Shown one piece after another: positions 1 through 11,364 of a stretch of DNA of 64,000 bases (position 1 is its first letter; each line of letters starts with the position of its first letter). A model generated the notes under the pieces. It worked only from the letters and a program-made list of their open reading frames with translations. It was not told where the DNA came from and ran no database searches. The stretch comes from Octopus bimaculoides. Taxonomy: Eukaryota. The stretch is taken from positions 18,381,364 to 18,445,363 of the forward strand of contig NC_068982.1 in the NCBI RefSeq assembly GCF_001194135.2. The letters run 5' to 3'. The translations under genes and the position numbers were made by a program.

Positions 1-1
1 C

Positions 2-403
2 TTCCGCTTTTTGTGGAAGGGAAGCGTTCCGATGGTTAGGCGATTCATATGCTGTCAACAGCCGCTAAATGGGGGGCTGGGTATGCCGCGGTTGATGATG
101 CGCAGACATGCGCTGAGACTGCGAAATCTCCGGCGCTTTATAGACGACGGTGAACAGGTGTGGTCGCCGTTTGTGCAGCGCGCTTTCCCGCAGCTCGTCT
201 CCTTAGCCGAACTGCAGTCGTTGATTAAGCAGAGACCTAGGCTCGGCGAATGACACAGCGAGTGTCGCGTTGCTCTCAAGCAACTCTGCCGTCCTGGACA
301 AATCTTGTGCAACTTTGATTCCACAAAAGCGTTCTATAGAGGATTAGTGGAGGGGAGGTGCGACAACAATCTCGGGCAGAATCTGGGCGTCGACGAGGGA
401 CAC
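2..403 (+). mobile_element. Tx1/L1-clade LINE ORF2 fragment (region C-terminal to RT), runs into an assembly gap
   Basis: Frame from base 2 reads FRFLWKGSVPMVRRFICCQQPLNGGLGMPRLMMRRHALRLR..., matching the FxW...PxxxGGLG(L/M)P motif of L1/Tx1 ORF2. One in-frame stop (251-253) in about 134 codons; much more GC-rich than the rest of the window. Confidence 0.7.
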
Positions 404-1354
404 NNNNNNNNNNNNNNNNNNNNNNNNNNNNNNNNNNNNNNNNNNNNNNNNNNNNNNNNNNNNNNNNNNNNNNNNNNNNNNNNNNNNNNNNNNNNNNNNN
501 NNNNNNNNNNNNNNNNNNNNNNNNNNNNNNNNNNNNNNNNNNNNNNNNNNNNNNNNNNNNNNNNNNNNNNNNNNNNNNNNNNNNNNNNNNNNNNNNNNNN
601 NNNNNNNNNNNNNNNNNNNNNNNNNNNNNNNNNNNNNNNNNNNNNNNNNNNNNNNNNNNNNNNNNNNNNNNNNNNNNNNNNNNNNNNNNNNNNNNNNNNN
701 NNNNNNNNNNNNNNNNNNNNNNNNNNNNNNNNNNNNNNNNNNNNNNNNNNNNNNNNNNNNNNNNNNNNNNNNNNNNNNNNNNNNNNNNNNNNNNNNNNNN
801 NNNNNNNNNNNNNNNNNNNNNNNNNNNNNNNNNNNNNNNNNNNNNNNNNNNNNNNNNNNNNNNNNNNNNNNNNNNNNNNNNNNNNNNNNNNNNNNNNNNN
901 NNNNNNNNNNNNNNNNNNNNNNNNNNNNNNNNNNNNNNNNNNNNNNNNNNNNNNNNNNNNNNNNNNNNNNNNNNNNNNNNNNNNNNNNNNNNNNNNNNNN
1001 NNNNNNNNNNNNNNNNNNNNNNNNNNNNNNNNNNNNNNNNNNNNNNNNNNNNNNNNNNNNNNNNNNNNNNNNNNNNNNNNNNNNNNNNNNNNNNNNNNNN
1101 NNNNNNNNNNNNNNNNNNNNNNNNNNNNNNNNNNNNNNNNNNNNNNNNNNNNNNNNNNNNNNNNNNNNNNNNNNNNNNNNNNNNNNNNNNNNNNNNNNNN
1201 NNNNNNNNNNNNNNNNNNNNNNNNNNNNNNNNNNNNNNNNNNNNNNNNNNNNNNNNNNNNNNNNNNNNNNNNNNNNNNNNNNNNNNNNNNNNNNNNNNNN
1301 NNNNNNNNNNNNNNNNNNNNNNNNNNNNNNNNNNNNNNNNNNNNNNNNNNNNNN

Positions 1355-1407
<53 letters not shown>

Positions 1408-2031
1408 CCTTCGTTTGCGTCTGAAATCTCGCGTTCTCGGTACAAATTTCAGTAAAGCTGGCTTCGCGTGTTAATGCAAAGTAAGAATGTGTAAAGTAAA
1501 GACCTGAGTAGGCAAGTTCGGTACATGTGGTAAAAAGTTTATGTAGGCTGGATATCCTATTTAAAACGAGTGAAAGCGATTTTATGATAAAGAGATATAT
1601 AGGTATAAACTGTTTTGAGTGGCAAAATCGTCCAGCATGTATGCAGTGACGCAGTGTATATTGAAGATTTATCACACCAGATCGTATTTGTATTAACTGA
1701 ATTTCAATGATGCTCTCTATTTGCTGACGTAATTAAAGATAATCCTGACATTTAACAAGGTATATAATACAATTTTCATTCACGTGTAGAGGCAGCAAAT
1801 TTGAAGCCTATTAATTAGATTCCAGGCTCCCAAATTATTCTCAGAAGAAGAGTGTCCTGACCTATATGACTAAATTATTGCAATAGTGAAGCTCTCGCAT
1901 ATGTATTAGTCAATAGTGCAGGATACACATATCGCAGGAAAAAATGAGAAAGGTCGTTATTATACATTATACAGGTCAATTTTGTAGAAAGTTTACGAAG
2001 CGATTGTCAAAGAATTTTATGCCAATACATG

Positions 2032-2077
<46 letters not shown>

Positions 2078-2379
2078 TGTGTGTGTGTGTGAGCGGCTGT
2101 GTGCTGTTCAGAATCTGTGCAACAATCTCCAGGTTACAAACGGTTAAATGAAGAGACGTATCTAACAGCAAAAGGATCACAATGGTGACTTATTTTGTAC
2201 CATCACAAAAACAAACAGGTTCTGTTAAATTGTTTGTAATCAATGCCTAGACAAATGTTCACAACTGATGGACTCATTTCACGATGAAATCTAGTAATTA
2301 AAAGCATAATTTCTGACATGTGTGTGTTCCTCCACGCACATAAACACACACACACACATTCACACTAAATGCTAGATCT

Positions 2380-2620
2380 GGATGAAGATTCAACATGCAT
2401 GACTAGTTCAGTCGCCCAGACATTTTCGTGATGGATGTCGCTTAAGTTCCATTTAAACAATTACAGTTCAACGCCTGCAAGAAAGATGTTGAGGAGTGAG
2501 GAATTTCGAAAGAGACGATGTCCAGAACAGAAAGAATGGATGTGGTGCGTAATGCAGAGCCGGATTGTACGCAACATAGTTGACAGAACGTGGAGAGATA
2601 ACTGAGCTGTGTATGTTATG
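2380..2620 (+). mobile_element. Highly decayed RTE-clade LINE 3' end
   Basis: Frameshifted remnants resembling the RTE C-terminus (RKML...GRP..RWMDVVR...DR..WR), e.g. aagaatggatgtggtgcgtaat and gttgacagaacgtggaga. Confidence 0.4.
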
Positions 2621-3302
2621 TGGTCCATTTAAGAAGCAATTCTACCCTATGTGCAAACGACATTTTAATAATAAAAAAGACAAGCAGAGAAGAGAAAACA
2701 ACTGCAAGCAATTGAGTGTAATTTGTATTGACTGAACGACAGTCTGTAGAGTAACTTTTTTTCTCTAGCTTTCTGTGTGGGGAGTAGAAACATCGTCGCA
2801 GATGTTGACCTCACTTGAGCACTGTAGGTTGTTAAAAAATGTTGTTGAGATCAGAAATATCTTCTGGGAATGAAGGGAAAGGCTAGTTTCAAAGATAGGG
2901 CACTAGCTTTGCTAAGAGTGGCTTTGCCCTTGGAGAGATCCTCGATGGTTACGAAACTCAGCATTTAGTGTAATTTTCAGGGCCCAAGTTGAGTGCTACA
3001 TTTGGTTACAAGGGTTGTGATGAGGTAGTCTGTGGAATGCATGTGAATGCTTGGGAAAAAGAATTTCGAGGAAAGAATACACACACTCATACACACACAT
3101 ATATGCATCCCGATGTGTATGATATCAATATTAAATACACAAACGGGAAGAATAATACCTGTAATACTTTCTTAGATAAACCAAAGGAACCCTGAAAAGT
3201 ATGCACTATTCTTGTATTTTATATAGTTTTGCATTAAGTATTTTGCAATTGTAATTCACAATTCATTTAAAAGAAATTCTAGAAAAATTTACATCATTTA
3301 TA

Positions 3303-3707
3303 GGCGCAGGAGTGGCTGTGTGGTAAGTAGCTAGTCTACCAACCACATGGTTCCGGATTCAGTCCCACTGCGTGGCACCTTGGGCTTTTGTCTTCTACTA
3401 TAGCCTCGGGCCGACCAAAGCCTTTTGAGTGGATTTAGTAGACGGAAACTGAAAGAAGCATGTCGTATATATGTATATATATGTTTGCGTGTGTATATGT
3501 TTGTGTCTGTGCTTGTCACCCCAACATCGCTTCACAACTGATGTTGGTGTGTTTACGTCCCCGTAACATAGCGTTTCGGCAAAAGTTACCGATAGAATAA
3601 GTTCTAGGCTTACAATGAATACGTCCTGGGGTCGATTTGCTCGACTAAAGGTGGTGCTCCAGCATGTTCGCAGTCAAATGACTGAAACAAGTAAAAGAGT
3701 AAAAGAG
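3303..3707 (+). mobile_element. tRNA-derived SINE, family A, full length
   Basis: Head GGCGCAGGAGTGGCTGTGTGGTAAG (A-box-like) and GGATTCAGTCC (B-box-like), internal AT/GT microsatellite, tail CAGTCAAATGACTGAAACAAGTAAAAGAG. Homologous copies recur across the window. Confidence 0.9.
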
Positions 3708-6033
3708 AATAATGATGTATACATTTTAAAAAGTTACTCAAAATATTATTCGCGGAATTTGAACACGAAATACTTTCAGAACACTGGAGTTAGATTTCAG
3801 ACGGGAAGTGTTTGAAGATATATATTTTGCGTAGATATATATATCGATAGTTTTGATCCTCTAAAGCGTAACATAGAATCTAATTCGAGTTTTACATTTG
3901 TTCCCACATCAGCAGTTTTCAGTACATTTTATTCTGAAGACTGGACACATTGTAGTGAAATCCGAATACTATCTCCCATTTCATATTTTATGGTTTCGTC
4001 GTCATAAGTTGAATGCCATAGTGTATGTCAGTAAAATAATATTACTACCAAAGTAGAAATATATCTCTCAGAACGCTTGGTGTCGTAGAATAACATTCCG
4101 ATTTCACGCAATACAATAACTGTCAAAATGCGATTTTGTACCGTAGTAGATATTGCCAAGTAATGGTTGGAGAAATGCATAATAACACACATACACTTGC
4201 AGAGAGTTTTCATTGGCATTTCTAAAAATATAAAACAAGCACAGAATGATTATTGTCAACCATAACCTATTTAATCGCAGCAAAATCTAATATACTAAAA
4301 AGCACTCTTCTCTTTTGTACACACCGAACAATATCATATTTTCTGGTTAACTCGTAAACTACTATTTAGTCAAACATTTCACCTTTCGTAAAGTAATTAC
4401 TGTCAGGAGATTTTCACAGCTTTTGGATGCACACTTTGAACGAGAGCTTTATTTTGATTAAAATCCTTTCTACCGACATATAATGGCTTTCTTCTATTCA
4501 TTTTCATTGGCCTAATCATTACTTGTCATTCCTCTGTTGATATCTCTCGGACAACGATTTCGTTCCTTTCTTTTCACATCAGAATATAATGTACCTAATT
4601 GGAGATTATTGAATAATTAATGGTTTTATCACGTTAGAATTTTATGCCCTTCTTTAATATATGCAACTTGTTTGCTTTAATTCCTCCGACAACACAGATG
4701 ATTTTCTATTCATGTTGGCTGCAATATGCCTTTCCAATATTAATTTTTTTTTTCAATTATCATTTCTGAAAGAAAACAAGACAATCACATTCACTGTATT
4801 GTTTTTAAATACATTAGAGAAGAAAAGGTGGATGAGTGTGATATCGGGTAGCAGGAAAATCTGCAAAACCCAGTTATAGAAGTGAACACGTAATTCGAGG
4901 AACTACAAATACTAGAGATTGTCGAATAGTATATGAATATTTCAGTAGATGCGTGTGTTTGTATGTGTATTTGCATGAATGTCTGTATCAGGTTTGGTAT
5001 GCGTTCATGTATATATGAATGTATATATGTTTATTAAGGCTGTCTGAATATCTTGTTACACACGTGATAAGATTCAGACAGGTTTAGAGGGAATGAAATC
5101 GCACGCTATTTTTACAAGTGTCAATCTCTATTGCATACATACATACATGCGTACATTCATATATACATACATACATAGATTCATACATACATACATACAT
5201 ACATACATACATACAGATAGATAGATAGATATATAGATAGATAGATAGATAGATAGAAAGATAAATAAAGAGTTAGACAGATAGATAGATAGATACCTAC
5301 ATACATGCATACGTACATGGATAGATAGATAGACACATAGACAGATATTCAGCTAGACAGATTTATGTTTGTGTGCAATGTTATTCATGGATTGGTAATC
5401 TGACTTAAACACTTATTCTCCCCGTTTTTTTTTTTGAACTGATGCATTCAGAGATATTCTGCATTGGATCATATTGAATCTAATTGGAGATTTTTTAACG
5501 CTACTGATTTTATCACTTCAGATATTTTATGTCATTAATTTGATCATTTCCTGTCCTGTGACGTGTGATGGTGGAAACATATTTTTGCTATTGCAATCCC
5601 AATCGATATTAGGTAATTTTACATAGATATGATAATTATAATTTTAATATCTGTCCAGTTATATCGTGCTTACTTAAAATTATGAAATTCACTCTAATTT
5701 TCAAATTCAAGCAATTACACGAGATTTGAATTTAGCTAAACAAAATTTTCAACTGCATATTTGCAATAAATATGCTATTAATGGCAATGATACTGTTTAA
5801 TTATCAATCAATTAAATGTTTTTTTTATACACAATGGTAGACTGGTATTCAGACAATTATATTTCATATGAGGAGAACTCTAGTAACTTCAGAGTTGTCT
5901 CCGTTTGCATGATACGACACAACACAAACATTGAAGTATTTACACACTCACTTACAATCGTACAAATGCACACTCAAGTACGCACACACAATATGCACGT
6001 GTATTTAATTACTTCATAAAATACATTCTGATA

Positions 6034-6245
6034 TTCTTTTATTATTTTACTTGCTTCAGTCATTTGACTGTGGCCATGCTGGAGCACCACCTTTAATCGA
6101 ACAAATCGATCCCACGATTGATTTTTTGAAAGCCTAGTACTCATTCCATCCGTTCTCTTTTGCCAAACCACTAAGCTACGGGGACATAAACGCGCCCACA
6201 TCGGCTGTCAAGCGATGGTGGGGGGGACAAACATAGACACAAGCT

Positions 6246-6286
<41 letters not shown>

Positions 6287-6312
6287 ACATATATATGTAC
6301 GACGGGCTTCTC
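6034..6312 (-). mobile_element. SINE family A, 3' two-thirds (head missing, abuts a mariner fragment)
   Basis: Reverse complement of the family A tail and body (cttcagtcatttgactgtggccatgctggagcacc...cgacgggcttc). Confidence 0.85.
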
Positions 6313-6720
6313 AGCTGTTCATTGTCAAGACTGCATGACCGTCCTCTACCTTCTGCATCTTCAAGGCTCTCATCACCACTACGGAATTTCTGAAACCATC
6401 TGTATGAATCGTACTGTACGATTACTTGTGTACACCACTCCACATGCTCTTTTGACATTGGCAGCAGTTTGGGAGGCATTCTGCCCCAGCTTGAAATCAT
6501 GCTAGAAAAGTAAGCAAAGGTCCTTTTCTCATGTTCATAATTAAGGGCGCCTCTGCTTCAAGAATGTTTTCTGCCTGAAATAAGTAGAAAATTATTAAGG
6601 AGCATGCATCAATCATTAAGTATGTCGAAATTTACCTAGAGTATAATTAAAATACCATGATAAAATCGCATTTCAAAACATAACACTTAGAATGCCCATT
6701 ATTTTCGGAACAACTTAATA
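6313..6720 (-). mobile_element. Mariner 5' fragment with terminal inverted repeat and HTH-region coding remnant
   Basis: Minus strand reads RWFQKFRSGDESLEDAEGRGRSCSLDNEQL, typical of the mariner transposase N-terminus. Terminus TATTAAGTTGTTCCGAAAATAATG is mariner TIR-like with a TA. Confidence 0.8.
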
Positions 6721-7164
6721 TTTGTCTGTTTTCTTTAGAGTAGAGCTCCCACTGTGTTTATTAACTTTCTTAGGTTATCATTATTAAAATTTTGTAAGTG
6801 ATCAAGGCAATAAATGTTTTGTACTCGTTCTTGTATATTTTAAGTCTCTTTTCTATTCGATATGAAGTAGAACAGTTGGAGTGCCGATGACGCATTTTGG
6901 GACTGAAACAGGTCGAGAACTGTTTTCTTGTCTCCGGAATTTAACGCTGTACTTTTCATTAATAGCATCTCAAATTTATTGAATTTCACTCCTTCGTGTA
7001 TCTTGTTCGTCGCAAATCCAATTTTATGACTATGCCATATCTTCTACAGTAGGGGATACTATTAATATATCAAGAGTTTAAGCGGTTGATATTCTGAAAT
7101 TTGCATGTACATGCCAAGGGCCACCTTTGCTAGTTATTTCTCTTTGTTACATTTTTGTATATAG

Positions 7165-7410
7165 TATATGTATGGTGGTTGTCCACTCCTTATGCAGAGT
7201 CTGACCAGCTCTTCTACTTTAGACCGTAGTTCCACCATGGCGTCTGATGTGGCTTTTTAAACCAGACAATGTATTGGAAAGACAGCCACATACCTTGCAT
7301 ATGTTTTGGACCACCAGAAACTGCAGATAACGTCTGATCTTTCTGGATCTTAAGATGATTTTTTAAGGCCTCTGTTAGATTTGCAGACCTTACGGCATAC
7401 GCGGCATTGA
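7165..7410 (-). mobile_element. Probable RTE-clade LINE 3' end with two frameshifted C2H2-like fingers
   Basis: With two 1-nt frameshifts corrected: DFQCRVCRKVCKSNRGLKNHLKI...HICKVCGCLSNTLSGLKSHIRRHGGTTV*, then a short UTR ending caaccaccatacat. Confidence 0.6.
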
Positions 7411-7423
7411 AAATCGTTCACAG

Positions 7424-7460
<37 letters not shown>

Positions 7461-8665
7461 CGCGCGCGTGCGTGTGCGTGGTGTATATGTGTGTGTTTGT
7501 GTGTGCATGGTGTATGTGTGTGTGTGTATATACTATTTGTGTTGACTAGGCTAAAATCACAACGTGATTTTATCATATTTTATCCCGTTTTGATTCAAGA
7601 TAGAGAGGAACACCTACATCCCATGCAATAGGTCTACCAAGTTAATTGATAACAATTTTAATGTTAGTAGTATTACTTTCTATGGGGGATTTTCGTATAT
7701 ACTCAAAAGTATATACCGAGAAATACTGACATCTGAAACAGATGCCTAAAAACTTCAATTTGTAGCAAAGTACAAATAAATATATTTGCTTTAATTGAAT
7801 CAATTTCTCAAAGAGAAAATCTATGCAGAATACAAATGACTGATATGTCCGTTCATGCTTAAAGCATGTACTTATATAGAAATGGTTAAAGATAATTAGC
7901 CATTTCTACGCATACAACATGGCAGAGGTAAATGTCTCTTCTGAAAAGGGCATTTAAACTCTCTTATACAAACAGATCACAAAGTAAAGAAATCCACGGA
8001 ATAAAAGAACCACTTATCGTTGACGGCTATTCTGATAAAGTAACAAGCCACGTCATTCAAATATATTAGTACATATACAAAGCAACGTATACATTTGATG
8101 CTATCGCTAATCTCATTAAGTAAAATTGATTCGACTGATCTGCAACAGAAGAAAAAGAAAATTAATTATATACTCGAGTGAACTCAAATCATGTAATTCC
8201 ACGAAGAAGCTATTAATTACAAATATAATTTATAAATGTGATTCTTAAGCTTCGTGACTCCCACAAATATTGGTCACACAATAACCTATAGCCAGCATAT
8301 CATGCACAATGTAAAATGAACAATTGCAATGCAAAATCTATCTAATAACGCATACTGGTATTAGTGTAATGAGAAACGCATGTGTATAGATTTCTATAGG
8401 TTGATTGATACCTAATTATAGCAGCAATAGTGATAAATCTGACAATGGATAATTGATAGATGATAAATCATACATACATTCTAAACAGATTTATGTAGCA
8501 ACTCATTAAAAATATAATCTAAAGATCAAATTTCAAAATTTAATGTGCGCATCAATCATATTAGATATATGTAATATTATAAGAGAACAACAGCCGCCAA
8601 TATAATCTCATGGTGAAGATTATACCATGCTGTTATTTTAAAAGAAATTATATGCTTCAATACTC

Positions 8666-8870
8666 CTTTCTACAATAGACACAAGGCCTAAAATTTGGGG
8701 GCACGGTTTAAGTTGACTACAGCGACCGAAACATTTGACTGGTATTTATATTAACGACTCCGATGAAGGAAAGGTCGACCGCGGCATAATATTAACACAG
8801 AGTGTTATGACAGAGAAAATGCCCTTAAATATTATGTCCGGCAGAGTAACCAATCCAACAGTTTGTCGCT
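8666..8870 (-). mobile_element. tRNA-derived SINE, family B, degenerate
   Basis: Matches the other family B copies (tagacacaaggcctaaaatttggggg...gaaaggtcgaccgcggc). Confidence 0.7.
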
Positions 8871-9529
8871 TTCTTATATGTTTTAGTATTAACCTAACTA
8901 CAGTGATTTCATACAGGAATGTTTTTTAAACATAGTATTATCAATAGTACATGAGTGTGTTAGAGGGTAAGGTCTCTTATTGTAAACTAATTAATAAATG
9001 TCTAAGATCAAACAATTGAAGCGACGACTCTTCGCTGAGGGACCCCTTCCATCTGAAGATGCCGTTTCAAATTTCGTGGTAATTTTCTTCCTCGCAACAA
9101 TGACCAGGAGTATATTTTGAATGCCATCATTAAGTAGATTGTGCCAGCCGCCGGCGGGCCTGATGCATTGCCTATATTGCTTAGATCAATAGCAGACGTG
9201 AAACCACTGGAAACTTTCTGGTCGGCTATAACTAAGAACTTTATTTGATTGTTATTACTGATCAAACATTTTTAGGCTTTCGAACTTGTGAAAAGATGAC
9301 AGATTATATGCATACATACATACATACATACATACATACATACATACATGCAAATATACATACACACACACATATATATATATATGTATGCATGTATGTA
9401 TGTATATATATTGGAAAAATGGAAAAAGAATGACTTCACTAGTAGTTCTAATCAGTTTTATTTATTTTTTTTAATCATATAGTAATATAAATTTTACACG
9501 TTAGTTCCTAGATCTAGGAAGGTCTTTGT

Positions 9530-10146
9530 TAACTTGGGCGGAGAGTTTTAAAAAAATTCCTTAAGTTTTCTGGAGAACTTTCTCGCATTCGTTGTCAAAC
9601 AAATTTGATGGTTTGGGGCTTTGGTGATTCTATATATGGGATTTGGGTGTGTTGGGGGGATAGGTTGAGGTTTGTTAATCAGAATGGGTGTGAAAGAGTG
9701 TTGATGAATAAGAACTTAAGGAAAATCTTATTTGTGAGTCTTTTATGAGTGCATTCATTTTGAGTGATTGGTGGGGAACTGGGAGATATTGTTTAGCCTT
9801 TTTTACAAACCAACAGACACACACCAATACTTAAATTTCCGATCTGCACACCCCTCACGTACCAAAAGGAACATTCCCTTGAACATGACAAGACGCATCT
9901 GCATCGTTGTAACACAGCCCACACTACGGGAAAAAATGACATGAACTAAAATGGTTCTTTAAAAGAGAAGAATATCCGATGAATATTATCAATACAGCCA
10001 TCTCCAAGGCCCAAAACATACCAGTGCAAACACTAGGGAAAAAATTAATAAAAAGGACAAAACAGTCATACCTTTTGTCGTTACTCACAACCCTAGGAAG
10101 TTCAACATTGTGAAAACTGCCAAACAATGCACTCATAAAAGACTCT
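9530..10146. mobile_element. Penelope-like element fragment (RT thumb region) with an inverted segment
   Basis: Plus strand from about 9810 reads PTDTHQYLNFRSAHPSRTKRNIPLNMTRRICIVV...IPFVVTHNPR, the PLE KPTDTHQYL..S.HP motif. 9530-9800 carries related sequence on the minus strand, with a perfect 20-nt inverted match (9736-9755 vs 10126-10145). Confidence 0.7.
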
Positions 10147-10624
10147 CATGTAATATATAGCCGACGCTATATATAAGAAATTTAAGATATAAAGATATTT
10201 TCACTACCACTAACATAAATCTTTCGACTTCAGTTTTCATTTACAAATCATATGAACATATCTTTTTAATATTTTGTAATCAGGTTTATATCCATTTATT
10301 AATCGAACATTATTCTGATCATATATTCAACTTCTCCATTAATTTCTCCCTAATAATTTAAACTTGATTATAAGTTTTCATTGTTCTATATAAATTCATC
10401 TGCCTGTTTCATTTTGTTTTAATGATATGATATTTCTCATCTTAATTGCACTTCTATGATTTGCGAATTAATTAAAAATATTGTTTTAAAACCCTGAATT
10501 TGTTTACTTTTATAATCCAATTTCATATTTTTTAAAGTGGAACGTTAGATTACTCAAAGAAACACACACACACAGACACACACAGACACACACAGATACA
10601 CACACACACACACACAGACAGACA

Positions 10625-10660
<36 letters not shown>

Positions 10661-11364
10661 AGTGTATATATGCGTATGAACTTGAATTAATCTTATTTCT
10701 TCTCATTAACTTTATTTTTAATTACATTCTGATAATCCTATTTCAAGCATTCAGTATGTTACTAAACTTTAGTTTTAATATTCTTTTCATATTATTCTTT
10801 CTTCATATATAATTTTCTTGTGGATTTTCCTTAATTAACATGCTCCATCATATTTTATTTATTTCTCTTTTCTTATAACTAAATTCCATTTTTTGTAGTA
10901 TTATTTTGCCTCTTTCTTATTAGAAACATAATAATTCAGAAGAAGTTTTGTATTAAATCTAAAGCAATTTAATGAATGTTTAGTTTTAATTACAGAAGTT
11001 TTTCGCTGTAAATATTAAGTTCGTTTATACTTTTAAGCCAAACATTTCCTTAAATATTAGCATAACGTATTTTGGCATAAATTCTTGAATATTAAATGAC
11101 AAATCCATATTCTTTATTACATAGCTTACATATTCTTACTTTTCTGACACATTTTAAACTTATTTCGATACCTTTTCAGAAGAATACTCGGGAGTTCTAT
11201 TATATATAATAATGCAATACGCCTGGAAAACAGACTAATGGCATACATTTCATGACTCCTCCCTTTGCAAGTCGCTTCAACATTTCCCGATGCAACAGAC
11301 AGAGAATGAACATACTCTTTCACAGGATTCACCTCAGATACTCACCTATAATTATATATGTATA

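Noticed and set aside
3934-3965. CTGAAGA...GAAA hammerhead-like word
   Set aside because: Stem II is not canonical and there is no UH cleavage site or helix III.
6171-6500. 109-aa ORF
   Set aside because: Accidental fusion of a mariner remnant with SINE microsatellite sequence.
11335-11360. AG|GTGAGT possible recursive splice site on the minus strand
   Set aside because: Weak pyrimidine tract and no established host intron.
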